From positions 600,001 to 632,000 of the forward strand of contig NC_017856.1 of NCBI RefSeq assembly GCF_000260965.1: a DNA stretch of 32,000 nt, written 5' to 3'. Both the position numbers and the translations under genes were made by a program. Shown here in pieces: positions 1-6,866 of this stretch. The notes under the pieces were generated by a model that saw nothing but the letters and a program-made list of their open reading frames with translations, was not told the origin of the DNA and did no database searches. The stretch comes from Methylophaga frappieri (GTDB lineage: Bacteria > Pseudomonadota > Gammaproteobacteria > Nitrosococcales > Methylophagaceae). Positions within the stretch are counted from its first letter, which is position 1, and each line of letters opens with the position of its first letter.

Positions 1-279
1 GATCACATCAACAATCGACACAATCCGCTGAGCAGAGGGGCTGTAAAGCACCTTAACCATACCAAGCTCAATAATGGACTCGTCCTCGGCAGACAGTCCG
101 GTTGTCTCTGTATCGAGCAGCACCATTGGCTGTTCGTCGCCTACCATAGGAGAAAGTTCAAGTGGCCAGGACTGCGGCTCACGCGTTAATGGAATACGCT
201 CCAGCAATCTAAAATCTTCTGGTCTTTCTGGGATCTCCGCGAGGCGCTCTAGCGGAAATGGCGCAGGGGCTCTTGTCAT
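1..279 (-). CDS. DnaQ/DEDD-type 3'-5' exonuclease, N-terminal 93 codons only (rest beyond window start)
   Basis: Not in the ORF track. Hand translation of the minus strand from ATG 279 gives MTRAPAPFPLERLAEIPERPEDFRLLERIPLTREPQSWPLELSPMVGDEQPMVLLDTETTGLSAEDESIIELGMVKV... LLDTETTGL is an ExoI (DxE) motif. GAGGAA RBS lies upstream. The frame stays open to position 1. Confidence 0.6.
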   Translation of the reverse strand, partial: MTRAPAPFPLERLAEIPERPEDFRLLERIPLTREPQSWPLELSPMVGDEQPMVLLDTETTGLSAEDESIIELGMVKVLYSPSAQRIVSIVDVI

Positions 280-848
280 TGATGGTTCCTCTTCAATTCT
301 ATTGTTCGCTTTGGGTTATTTCACTGTGCCACAGGTTTTTCAAAATGCACCTTGAATACCTCAGCGTTTTTTTAATCTTTCTACTGGGTGAACCCATGTA
401 TGAAGGCTTTGGCTGAGCCTTTCAGAAAGCCTTAGCTAAACCGTTTAGGTAACCCTTACCGATACCCTTTACGTCTGGCTTAGCCAACCCCTTTTCAAAC
501 GGTTGAAAAAGGCTTGAACTGAGTTCGACTGAGCATTTTAATGGTGCTCCTGACTTCGCTTTAAGCCAGTAAATTCAATACGAAGCAGAATTTTACTAAC
601 TGTTTTTAAACCCTTTGCAAAGGGTTCAACAAGCCTTGCCTGACGGTTACTTGACCCATGCGTTAACCAGTAGCAGTAACAGGATCAGTAACAGAAACAA
701 GAGCAGTAGGCAGAAGCAGTATTGTCCAAGCCTTGCAGGCTTTGACGAGGGCGAGCGATCCACCACATCTAGTTTTTCATCACAAAAAAGAAATCACCGA
801 CAACACAGCGTCTTACTCGAACAACTACAGTTTTACCTACAATTTTAC

Positions 849-877
849 TTGTAGAAATCAGCATAGCATTAGATACT
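849..877 (+). promoter_or_regulatory. Putative sigma70 promoter of umuDC (TTGTAG-17 nt-GATACT)
   Basis: -35 TTGTAG at 849-854, 17-nt spacer, -10 GATACT at 872-877 overlapping the LexA box. Confidence 0.45.
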
Positions 878-893
878 GTATAAACAAACAGTA
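874..893 (+). promoter_or_regulatory. LexA (SOS) box TACTGTATAAACAAACAGTA
   Basis: Exact CTGT-N8-ACAG with flanking TA/TA, 26 nt upstream of the umuD ATG and overlapping the putative -10. Confidence 0.8.
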
Positions 894-919
894 TTAATTA
901 TGATTTTTCGAGGTTCGTC

Positions 920-1369
920 ATGAGTGTCTCGCTGATAGGCCGTAGCGGCGCACTTGCCTTCATCAAAGCCAAGCGCCTTCGTATTCCATTGTTCATGGAA
1001 CGTGTTTCTGCTGGTTTTCCCTCACCAGCGCAGGATTATGTTGAGCAAACGCTCGACCTTAACGAGCTTTGCATCAAGCGACCGGCTGCAACGTTCTTTG
1101 TACGTGTTGAAGGTGATTCAATGATTGATGCCGGGATTCACCCAGATGATATTTTGGTGGTTGATCGCTCTGTCCAAGCAGAACACGGTGACATTGTCAT
1201 CGCTGGTATCCATGGTGAACTCACGGTAAAGGAGCTTCAACTAAGGCCGTGCGTCATGCTGATCCCAAGAAACCCGGCGTATGAGCCCATTCATATTCCT
1301 GAAGGGACAGAGTTAGAGATATTTGGTGTGGTTACCAATGTGGTGCGAAACATGCGCCGCAAGTCGTGA
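920..1369 (+). CDS. umuD: Translesion polymerase V accessory subunit UmuD (RumA/MucA-like)
   Basis: RVSAGFPSPAQDYVE (Ala-Gly self-cleavage site), GDSM serine and TVKEL lysine. Collinear with UmuD/MucA from memory. GAGG RBS 6 nt upstream. Confidence 0.93.
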   Translation: MSVSLIGRSGALAFIKAKRLRIPLFMERVSAGFPSPAQDYVEQTLDLNELCIKRPAATFFVRVEGDSMIDAGIHPDDILVVDRSVQAEHGDIVIAGIHGELTVKELQLRPCVMLIPRNPAYEPIHIPEGTELEIFGVVTNVVRNMRRKS

Positions 1370-1376
1370 CTATCCC

Positions 1377-2645
1377 ATGCCAGTATTTGCCTTGGTGGAC
1401 TGCAACAACTTTTACGCCAGTTGTGAGAAGCTGTTTCGTCCTGATTTAAAAGATACGCCGGTTGTGGTGCTGTCCAATAACGACGGCTGCGTGGTTGCAC
1501 GGTCACGTGAAGCCAAGTCACTCGGTATTAAAATGGGTGTACCCGTCTTTCAGATCAAAGCTGAAATGCAGCGTCATGGCATTTTGGCTTTTTCATCCAA
1601 CTATGCGCTGTATGCGGATTTGAGCAGTCGAGTGATGCGCACTTTGGAAGAGATGGCAGCAAGAGTAGAGGTTTACTCCATTGACGAAGCGTTTTTGGAC
1701 TTAACCGGTATTGAGTCTGCCATATCTCTTGTCGAGTTCGGACAACAAGTGCGAGAGCGCATAGGCCACTGGATTGGGATCACCGTCTGTGTAGGCATTG
1801 CACCGACAAAAACACTCGCCAAGCTGGCTAACCATGCCGCAAAAAAATATCCGGCCACTCAGGGGGTTGTAGACCTGACCAATCCAGATCGGCAACGTCG
1901 ATTGCTCGCATTAGTCCCGGTTGATGATGTTTGGGGCGTTGGTAGACGGCTTTCTAAGCGTTTAAATGCGTTGGGTATCACCACAGCCTTAGACCTCGCC
2001 AATGCCTCTCCTAGAGCTATCAGAGACCAGTTTTCAGTGGTTTTAGAGAGAACCGTCAGAGAGCTCAATGGTGAGTCGTGCATTGAACTTGAAGAGATCC
2101 CGCCAATTAAGAAACAAATCGTCTGTAGCCGTTCATTTGGCGTAAAAGTGACGCACTTTGAATTGTTACGTGAAGCCGTATGCGAATACGCAACCCGCGC
2201 CACTGAGAAGCTTCGCAAAGAACAGCAGCAAGCCAAAGTGCTGACCGTGTTTATACGTACCAGCCCCTTTAAGGACAACGAGCCGCAGTACAGCAACTCT
2301 GCATCGGGTGAGTTGTTGATCCCCAGTTGCGATACGCGGGATTTTATCGAGCTGGCCAATCACTTACTCAAGCGGATATGGAAGGATGGTTTTCGTTATG
2401 CCAAAGCGGGCGTCATGCTGTCTGACTTTTACGATCCTGGCATGTTTCAACCAGGACTATTCGATGACGTATCGAACCGCTCTAATAGCCAGCAGTTAAT
2501 GTCAGTATTGGACACCATTAACCAAAGCGGTGCCGGAAAGGTTTTCTTTGCTGGACAAGGTACGAAGAAAGATTGGTCGATGAAGCGAGAGCATTTGTCT
2601 CCCGCTTATACAACACGCTGGGACCAGTTACCACGAGTGAAGTAG
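1377..2645 (+). CDS. umuC: Y-family DNA polymerase V catalytic subunit UmuC (RumB-like)
   Basis: MPVFALVDCNNFYASCEKLFRPDL matches the UmuC N-terminus. SIDEAFLD catalytic motif present. Start moved from the track's 1323 to ATG 1377, 8 nt after the umuD stop. Confidence 0.93.
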   Translation: MPVFALVDCNNFYASCEKLFRPDLKDTPVVVLSNNDGCVVARSREAKSLGIKMGVPVFQIKAEMQRHGILAFSSNYALYADLSSRVMRTLEEMAARVEVYSIDEAFLDLTGIESAISLVEFGQQVRERIGHWIGITVCVGIAPTKTLAKLANHAAKKYPATQGVVDLTNPDRQRRLLALVPVDDVWGVGRRLSKRLNALGITTALDLANASPRAIRDQFSVVLERTVRELNGESCIELEEIPPIKKQIVCSRSFGVKVTHFELLREAVCEYATRATEKLRKEQQQAKVLTVFIRTSPFKDNEPQYSNSASGELLIPSCDTRDFIELANHLLKRIWKDGFRYAKAGVMLSDFYDPGMFQPGLFDDVSNRSNSQQLMSVLDTINQSGAGKVFFAGQGTKKDWSMKREHLSPAYTTRWDQLPRVK

Positions 2646-2655
2646 ACCCGGTGAT

Positions 2656-3099
2656 TTAATAGGCATTCACTCTGCGACGCAGCATGTTGAGCTTATCAAC
2701 CTGGCGTCGAACATCACTGAAGAATTCTTCTTTCTCCATGGCCAGCGCTAGCTCCCATTCTTTGGCCAAACCTTGGCAGTCCAAAAATGCGTATCTCAGC
2801 TTCGTCTTTGAGATACGCAGTCCTTTACTAAAGACTACGCGCTTGCCTCGTTGACCGTGAAAGCTGTTGATGTACCACTCAATGCCAAAGCCATACTTAA
2901 AGTCTCTGATACGGACACCAAGCAGCCCCCAGTCTTTAAAGGGCTCATTCTCACGAACCTTGTAATGGGTTACCCAAAAGTCATCAACTTCAGCTCGTGC
3001 CAGCGCTTTTAGCCTGTCTGTTTCTTGCTGAAGTAAATCTGATACCTCTGCTTTCCATTGTTCATTGACGGTTTCTACCAAACCAATTTCCCCATCCAA
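2656..3099 (-). CDS. Hypothetical 147-aa protein, positionally equivalent to mobI of SXT/R391 elements (unverified)
   Basis: Open frame convergent with umuC (10-nt gap) and divergent from the ParM-like operon. Only TTG starts are available (3099 or 3081). I recognise no motif. Confidence 0.55.
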   Translation of the reverse strand: MDGEIGLVETVNEQWKAEVSDLLQQETDRLKALARAEVDDFWVTHYKVRENEPFKDWGLLGVRIRDFKYGFGIEWYINSFHGQRGKRVVFSKGLRISKTKLRYAFLDCQGLAKEWELALAMEKEEFFSDVRRQVDKLNMLRRRVNAY

Positions 3100-3105
3100 T
3101 TAACC

Positions 3106-3371
3106 CCAAAAGCCAAAACCACTATCCGTTTGGCTTTTGGATCGAAACGCCAAACGTAAAACTGCCGTAACAATCACTGTTTGGCGTCTCGATATAAATC
3201 AACTCGCGCAATCCCATACCTGACAAGGGATACAGCCCGATTTCACTTAAAAACGCCTAAAAAGACGTATCGTCATGAAGATACAAACCGTTTGGCGAGT
3301 TCAGGCCAGAATGCAAACGACGTTTGGCGTCTCGATTTTTTTGGCTCTGTTATCCGCCGCCAAACAGAGCC
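3106..3371. repeat. Array of TTTGGC(G)/GCCAAA motifs with embedded inverted repeats. Candidate oriT and/or centromere-like (parC/srpC-type) site.
   Basis: Eight copies in both orientations, starting at 3112, 3129, 3149, 3180, 3291, 3323, 3340 and 3359. The exact 15-mer GTTTGGCGTCTCGAT occurs at 3179-3193 and 3322-3336. Perfect 12-bp IR at 3106-3117/3129-3140. 9-bp IR at 3343-3351/3363-3371. Confidence 0.8.
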
Positions 3372-3467
3372 TATTCTCATACTTTTGCGAAAATGCAATA
3401 GGCAGATAGATGAAAGGATTTGTCACCTTTCTGCCCACCGCCAGTGCACCGAATCCTGATAATGACA

Positions 3468-3552
3468 TTTGAGTGAACCGCCAGAGCACTTGGAATAGCC
3501 CAAGCGTGAACAGCGCGGTTGATTGAAAACCGTTAGAGCACTTTGAGTGCAC
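3468..3552 (+). repeat. Direct repeat pair AACCG(C/T)(C/T)AGAGCACTT plus TTTGAGTG just upstream of the ParM-like start
   Basis: 3476-3491 versus 3528-3543 (14/16 identical). TTTGAGTG at 3468-3475 and 3542-3549. The second copy abuts the AGGAG RBS. Confidence 0.6.
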
Positions 3553-3563
3553 AGGAGATAAGT

Positions 3564-4538
3564 ATGTTTGTACTAGGCGTAGATATCGGTTACTCGAACC
3601 TGAAGCTGGCAATTGGCCAATCAGGCAGTGAACCGAAAACCATTATTCTGCCTGCGGGTGCCGGTCCTGCGGATCGTATGCCGGAGCGTATCGGTGGAGG
3701 CGATGATGAAACTTGTTTGTATGTGTCTGTCGATAATGAGCGTTGGGCGGCTGGTGTGCCTGCTGGACGCCTTCAAGGCTGGGAACGAGAGCTTCACCCG
3801 GAATATCCCACCACAAAAACCTATAAGGCGCTTTTTCATGCCGCCTTGTTAATGACTGAAACTGACTCCATCGATTTGGTTGTCACTGGATTACCGGTTT
3901 CCCAGTTTCATGAACCACAACGCAAGTCTGACCTTGTGAAGCGTTTAAAAGGTGTCCATCAAGTGACGCCTAAGCGCAGCATCACCGTTCATGACGTCAA
4001 AGTACTACCACAGCCTGCCGGTGCCTATATGGATCTGGTTCAAACAGGTGGTGATCTGGGCTTGATTGAAGAAGGTCGCGTCGTCGTCATAGATCCCGGC
4101 TTCTTTTCTGTTGACTGGGTTGCCCTTGAGGCCGGAGAAATTCGCTACAGCTCATCAGGAACCAGTCTTCAGGCAATGTCCGTTCTACTGGAAACTATTG
4201 ATAAGCTGATTTCGGAAGATCACGGTGCCAAAGTAGGTATGGATCGACTTGAAAAAGCCATGAGAACAGGAGACTTGCAGGTCCTGCTATTTGGAGAAAA
4301 AGTCGATATTTCACCTTATCTGAATGCTGCCATGAAAAAGGTAGCGCCTGTTGCTCTCACAGCCATGCGCCAATCTATGCGCGACGAAAGCATTAATGCG
4401 GACTTGGTATTGATCGCCGGAGGTGGAGCCTTGGCTTATAAGGAAGCGGCCAAGGAGATTTTTTCACGAAGCAAGATCATCGTGCCTGAGCAGTCTGTTT
4501 TGGCGAACGTCCGAGGCTTCTGGTTTTATGGGGCCTGA
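3564..4538 (+). CDS. ParM/StbA-family actin-like ATPase (type II partition-like)
   Basis: MFVLGVDIGYSNLK (phosphate-1), VVVIDPGFFSVDW (phosphate-2) and LIAGGGA (adenosine motif). Start moved to ATG 3564 behind AGGAG. Confidence 0.75.
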   Translation: MFVLGVDIGYSNLKLAIGQSGSEPKTIILPAGAGPADRMPERIGGGDDETCLYVSVDNERWAAGVPAGRLQGWERELHPEYPTTKTYKALFHAALLMTETDSIDLVVTGLPVSQFHEPQRKSDLVKRLKGVHQVTPKRSITVHDVKVLPQPAGAYMDLVQTGGDLGLIEEGRVVVIDPGFFSVDWVALEAGEIRYSSSGTSLQAMSVLLETIDKLISEDHGAKVGMDRLEKAMRTGDLQVLLFGEKVDISPYLNAAMKKVAPVALTAMRQSMRDESINADLVLIAGGGALAYKEAAKEIFSRSKIIVPEQSVLANVRGFWFYGA

Positions 4539-4540
4539 TC

Positions 4541-4810
4541 ATGAGAGTTGTCGTCAACATTCCCCCAGGGAGCCACCCAGAACTACTCAAAGAATTGGAA
4601 AAGACGCCACCACGGGAACGCGCTGAGCGTCTGCGGATGCTGGCCACCTTTGGGTTAATTCACATGAGCCAACCCAATCTATCCACGACATCTGTACAGG
4701 TGGATGACCATGCTCCAGAAGTTGAAATTACTTCTGTGAGTAAAGCGCCAGAACCCAAAGCAGAATCACGTAAACAATCATTAAAATCAAAACTAGGGCT
4801 GGGCTTATAA
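4541..4810 (+). CDS. Small 89-aa protein, possible ribbon-helix-helix ParR-like adaptor
   Basis: Starts 2 nt after the ParM-like stop and ends 1 nt before the int ATG. The N-terminus MRVVVNIPPGSHPELLKELEK...RERAERLRMLATFGL fits a strand-helix-helix pattern. The C-terminal half is low complexity and charged. Confidence 0.5.
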   Translation: MRVVVNIPPGSHPELLKELEKTPPRERAERLRMLATFGLIHMSQPNLSTTSVQVDDHAPEVEITSVSKAPEPKAESRKQSLKSKLGLGL

Positions 4811-4811
4811 C

Positions 4812-6053
4812 ATGGCCTTATCAGTTAGCTGGCTCGATGCCAGGTTAAATAAAGAAGCAAAAGAAACCGTAGTAAAAGCTGATCGAGATGGACTAAGTGC
4901 TCGGGTATCGCCCAAGGGCAAAATTGTTTTTCAGTTTCGTTATCGGTTCGATGGCAAGCAACAGCGGGTAGACATAGGTACTTACCCACTTATGAAACTT
5001 GCTGAAGCCAGGAATGAGCTGGATAGGTTAAGAGCGGTGCTCGACCAGGGCAGAAACCCCAAGCTCTACCTACAGCAGGAACGGGCCAAGTATTCTGCCA
5101 ATCAAAGCTTCGAATCGATTTTTCGAGACTGGATAGACTCTGCCGGTAAGCAAGGGCTAAAGGAGAAAACGTGGCACTACCAAAAACGCAGCAGTGAAAT
5201 ATATTTGCTGCCCCGACTTGGCAAGTACCCATTAACTGACATCAATGAATTGTCCTTAAGAAACTGTCTTCGTGAGGTTTCGGAATCGTCTCCGTCAAAC
5301 ACAGAGCGCCTAGTGTCTGTACTGCATAAGTTCTATGACTGGCTGATTGATGAACAGATCTTGGAAATTAACGCTGCTGCTGGAATCACAGCAAAGAAGG
5401 TTGGCGGTAAGAAAGGCAAACGAACTCGGGTGCTAAATGACAACGAGATCAGGATACTTTGGCGCTATTTGCATGAGTCAAAAATCACTGAGAAGAATCG
5501 CATCTACATAAAGCTGCTTCTGCTATTGGGCGGTCGCAAGGGCGAACTCATTCAAGCTGAAAAGCATCACTTTGATTTGCAATCAGCAATGTGGACAGTG
5601 CCTATAGAGATCCGCAAACAAGGTGAGAAAATTGGAGCGCCAATCATGCGGCCATTGATTAGGCCTGCTATTGAGCTGATTGAACTGGCGATGCAGATGA
5701 GTAAATCAACTTACTTGTTTCCCGCAAACGGACAAGAAGAGCTTGCCACAAATGGCTTTGATACCACTATTCCTAACAATGTGAAAATCTGGGCTCGCAG
5801 GTCGCTTGGTATTGAGATGGAACACTGGTCTATGCATGATCTTCGCAGAACGATGCGAACGCGAATGTCTGCCATCACGACGCAAGAAGTTGCCGAGTTG
5901 ATGATTGGCCACAGCAAAAAAGGGTTGGATGCTATCTACAACCAATATCAGTACCTGGATGAAATGCGTCATGCTTACGACGTTTGGTATCAACAGCTAG
6001 AGACCATCATCGAGCCGACAGGCTTTCCGTTCAACTGGCGTTTCGGACAGTAA
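4812..6053 (+). CDS. int: Tyrosine recombinase/integrase, P4-type with N-terminal DUF4102-like arm-binding domain
   Basis: The N-terminus DRDGLSARVSPKGKIVFQFRYRFDGKQQRVDIGTYP is typical of P4-like integrases. HDLRRTMRT (HxxR box) and a C-terminal AIYNQYQY catalytic Tyr region are present. Confidence 0.92.
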   Translation: MALSVSWLDARLNKEAKETVVKADRDGLSARVSPKGKIVFQFRYRFDGKQQRVDIGTYPLMKLAEARNELDRLRAVLDQGRNPKLYLQQERAKYSANQSFESIFRDWIDSAGKQGLKEKTWHYQKRSSEIYLLPRLGKYPLTDINELSLRNCLREVSESSPSNTERLVSVLHKFYDWLIDEQILEINAAAGITAKKVGGKKGKRTRVLNDNEIRILWRYLHESKITEKNRIYIKLLLLLGGRKGELIQAEKHHFDLQSAMWTVPIEIRKQGEKIGAPIMRPLIRPAIELIELAMQMSKSTYLFPANGQEELATNGFDTTIPNNVKIWARRSLGIEMEHWSMHDLRRTMRTRMSAITTQEVAELMIGHSKKGLDAIYNQYQYLDEMRHAYDVWYQQLETIIEPTGFPFNWRFGQ

Positions 6054-6058
6054 AATAA

Positions 6059-6084
6059 AAGAAAGAGGCTCAGTCCTCTTTCTT
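6059..6084 (-). terminator. Intrinsic terminator of xis between the convergent int and xis genes, possibly bidirectional
   Basis: AAGAAAGAGG-ctcagt-CCTCTTTCTT, a 10-bp perfect stem. On the minus strand it is followed by TTTTATTTTA. The xis stop codon lies in the loop. Confidence 0.6.
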
Positions 6085-6264
6085 CTCATACTCCTCCAAG
6101 TCTTCAATGTGCCACAGCTTGTTTCGTGTATTTCGGTTGATACGAGGTTGCGGCAAGCTGCCATCTTTTATTCTTCGCCAGAGCGTCGTATAGCTAATGT
6201 GGTAACGAGCCATCACTTCGTAAGACGTTAGAAAAGGGGTTACCTGGTGCGCTACTGCTGTCAT
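6070..6264 (-). CDS. xis: AlpA/Xis-family excisionase (recombination directionality factor)
   Basis: The HTH region SYEVMARYHISYTTLWRRIKDGSLPQP is typical of the AlpA family. Start moved to ATG 6264 (AGGAG plus 7 nt). Confidence 0.85.
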   Translation of the reverse strand: MTAVAHQVTPFLTSYEVMARYHISYTTLWRRIKDGSLPQPRINRNTRNKLWHIEDLEEYEKKED

Positions 6265-6330
6265 CTGCATTCTCCTGAAAATCAATGTAAAGCTATCATC
6301 GCCTGATTCATCACTTGTTGATGGTCAGAA

Positions 6331-6866
6331 AGATGCATGATTTGTTCAGAAGATCAGCCTTATCAAAACACAAATGTTGCTATTAGGTACTTTTCAGCTC
6401 AAACCTATGAATAACAAGGGCTACAAGGCGGTTTGTGTCATGAATAGCAATCAACACGCCTAACGAGAAAAATTTGTACACACTGTTTGTACACTCGCAA
6501 CGATGACACACCAAAAACCACAATGACGAACCCTTTAAATTCATAAGCTTATAAACAAAAAACTAGAGATGATCGCATTTGTTCCGCTTTTGTAATATCG
6601 AAACCAAAGTACCAAAAGCAAGAGGTACTTTCTTCATCAAACCCAGTAACCACAAGGCCTACAGCCAGATTTGTGTCATGAAATTTTCGCCAAAGGCCTC
6701 TAAAACGGAATTTGTACTCAAGTTTGTACACACTTTCCGAGGTTACGCTTGAACATCATTGAAAAGCAAAGAAACGAGAAAAAGACAAAAAGCCTTTAAA
6801 TTCAGTACGTAGAGATGTGATTTTGGTGTGCAATGAAAGGTGGTTTTAAGCGTTGAAAGGCTGGGC
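6331..6866. repeat. Degenerate tandem units of ~235-246 bp: A 6331-6565, B 6566-6810, partial C 6811-6866
   Basis: Shared blocks occur in the same order. AGATG..TTTGTT at 6331, 6566 and 6811. AGGTACTTT..TCAAACC. TTTGTGTCATGAA at 6432 and 6670. Paired TTTGTAC(A) at 6473/6486 and 6711/6723. CCTTTAAATTCA at 6532 and 6793. Confidence 0.75.

Noticed and set aside
74-355. Listed 93-aa plus-strand ORF
   Set aside because: Ser/Gly-rich and without an RBS. It lies exactly antisense to a minus-strand frame with a DnaQ-type ExoI motif, so it is a shadow ORF.
668-721. CAGTA repeats read as extra LexA half-sites
   Set aside because: No partner TACTG half-site at the correct 16-bp spacing. Only 874-893 is a complete SOS box.
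615-854. Listed 79-aa plus-strand ORF
   Set aside because: TTG start inside the 18-bp palindrome. The low-complexity S/N/R/Q sequence is generated by the CAGTA and CTACA repeats. No RBS.
1323-1376. 5' extensions of ORFs in the track: umuC 1323-1376, pnp 23608-23655, rimP 30318-30521, rpsO 24063-24074
   Set aside because: The extensions lack homology to the known N-termini. Internal starts with proper RBSs reproduce the canonical N-termini.
3181-3612. Listed ORFs 3181-3459 (+) and 3301-3612 (-)
   Set aside because: Both run through the TTTGGC repeat array. The minus-strand one also overlaps the ParM-like start. Neither has an RBS or family resemblance, so the region is better read as non-coding.
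6421-6682. Six-codon mini-ORFs on the minus strand (MTQTAL stop at 6441-6421; MTQIWL stop at 6679-6659), conserved in position in both units
   Set aside because: The start and stop fall within the conserved TTTGTGTCAT and CTACA blocks, which is intriguing. However, there is no RBS, and six codons cannot be distinguished from a by-product of conserved DNA-binding motifs.
6473-6730. TTTGTACAC motifs read as DnaA boxes or replication iterons
   Set aside because: One mismatch even to the relaxed TTWTNCACA consensus. No adjacent AT-rich unwinding element or initiator gene. Their location in an att arm favours recombinase or regulator sites.
6549-6731. Listed 60-aa minus-strand ORF inside the tandem units
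   Set aside because: It spans the unit A/B boundary in a frame that is not conserved in unit A. No RBS.
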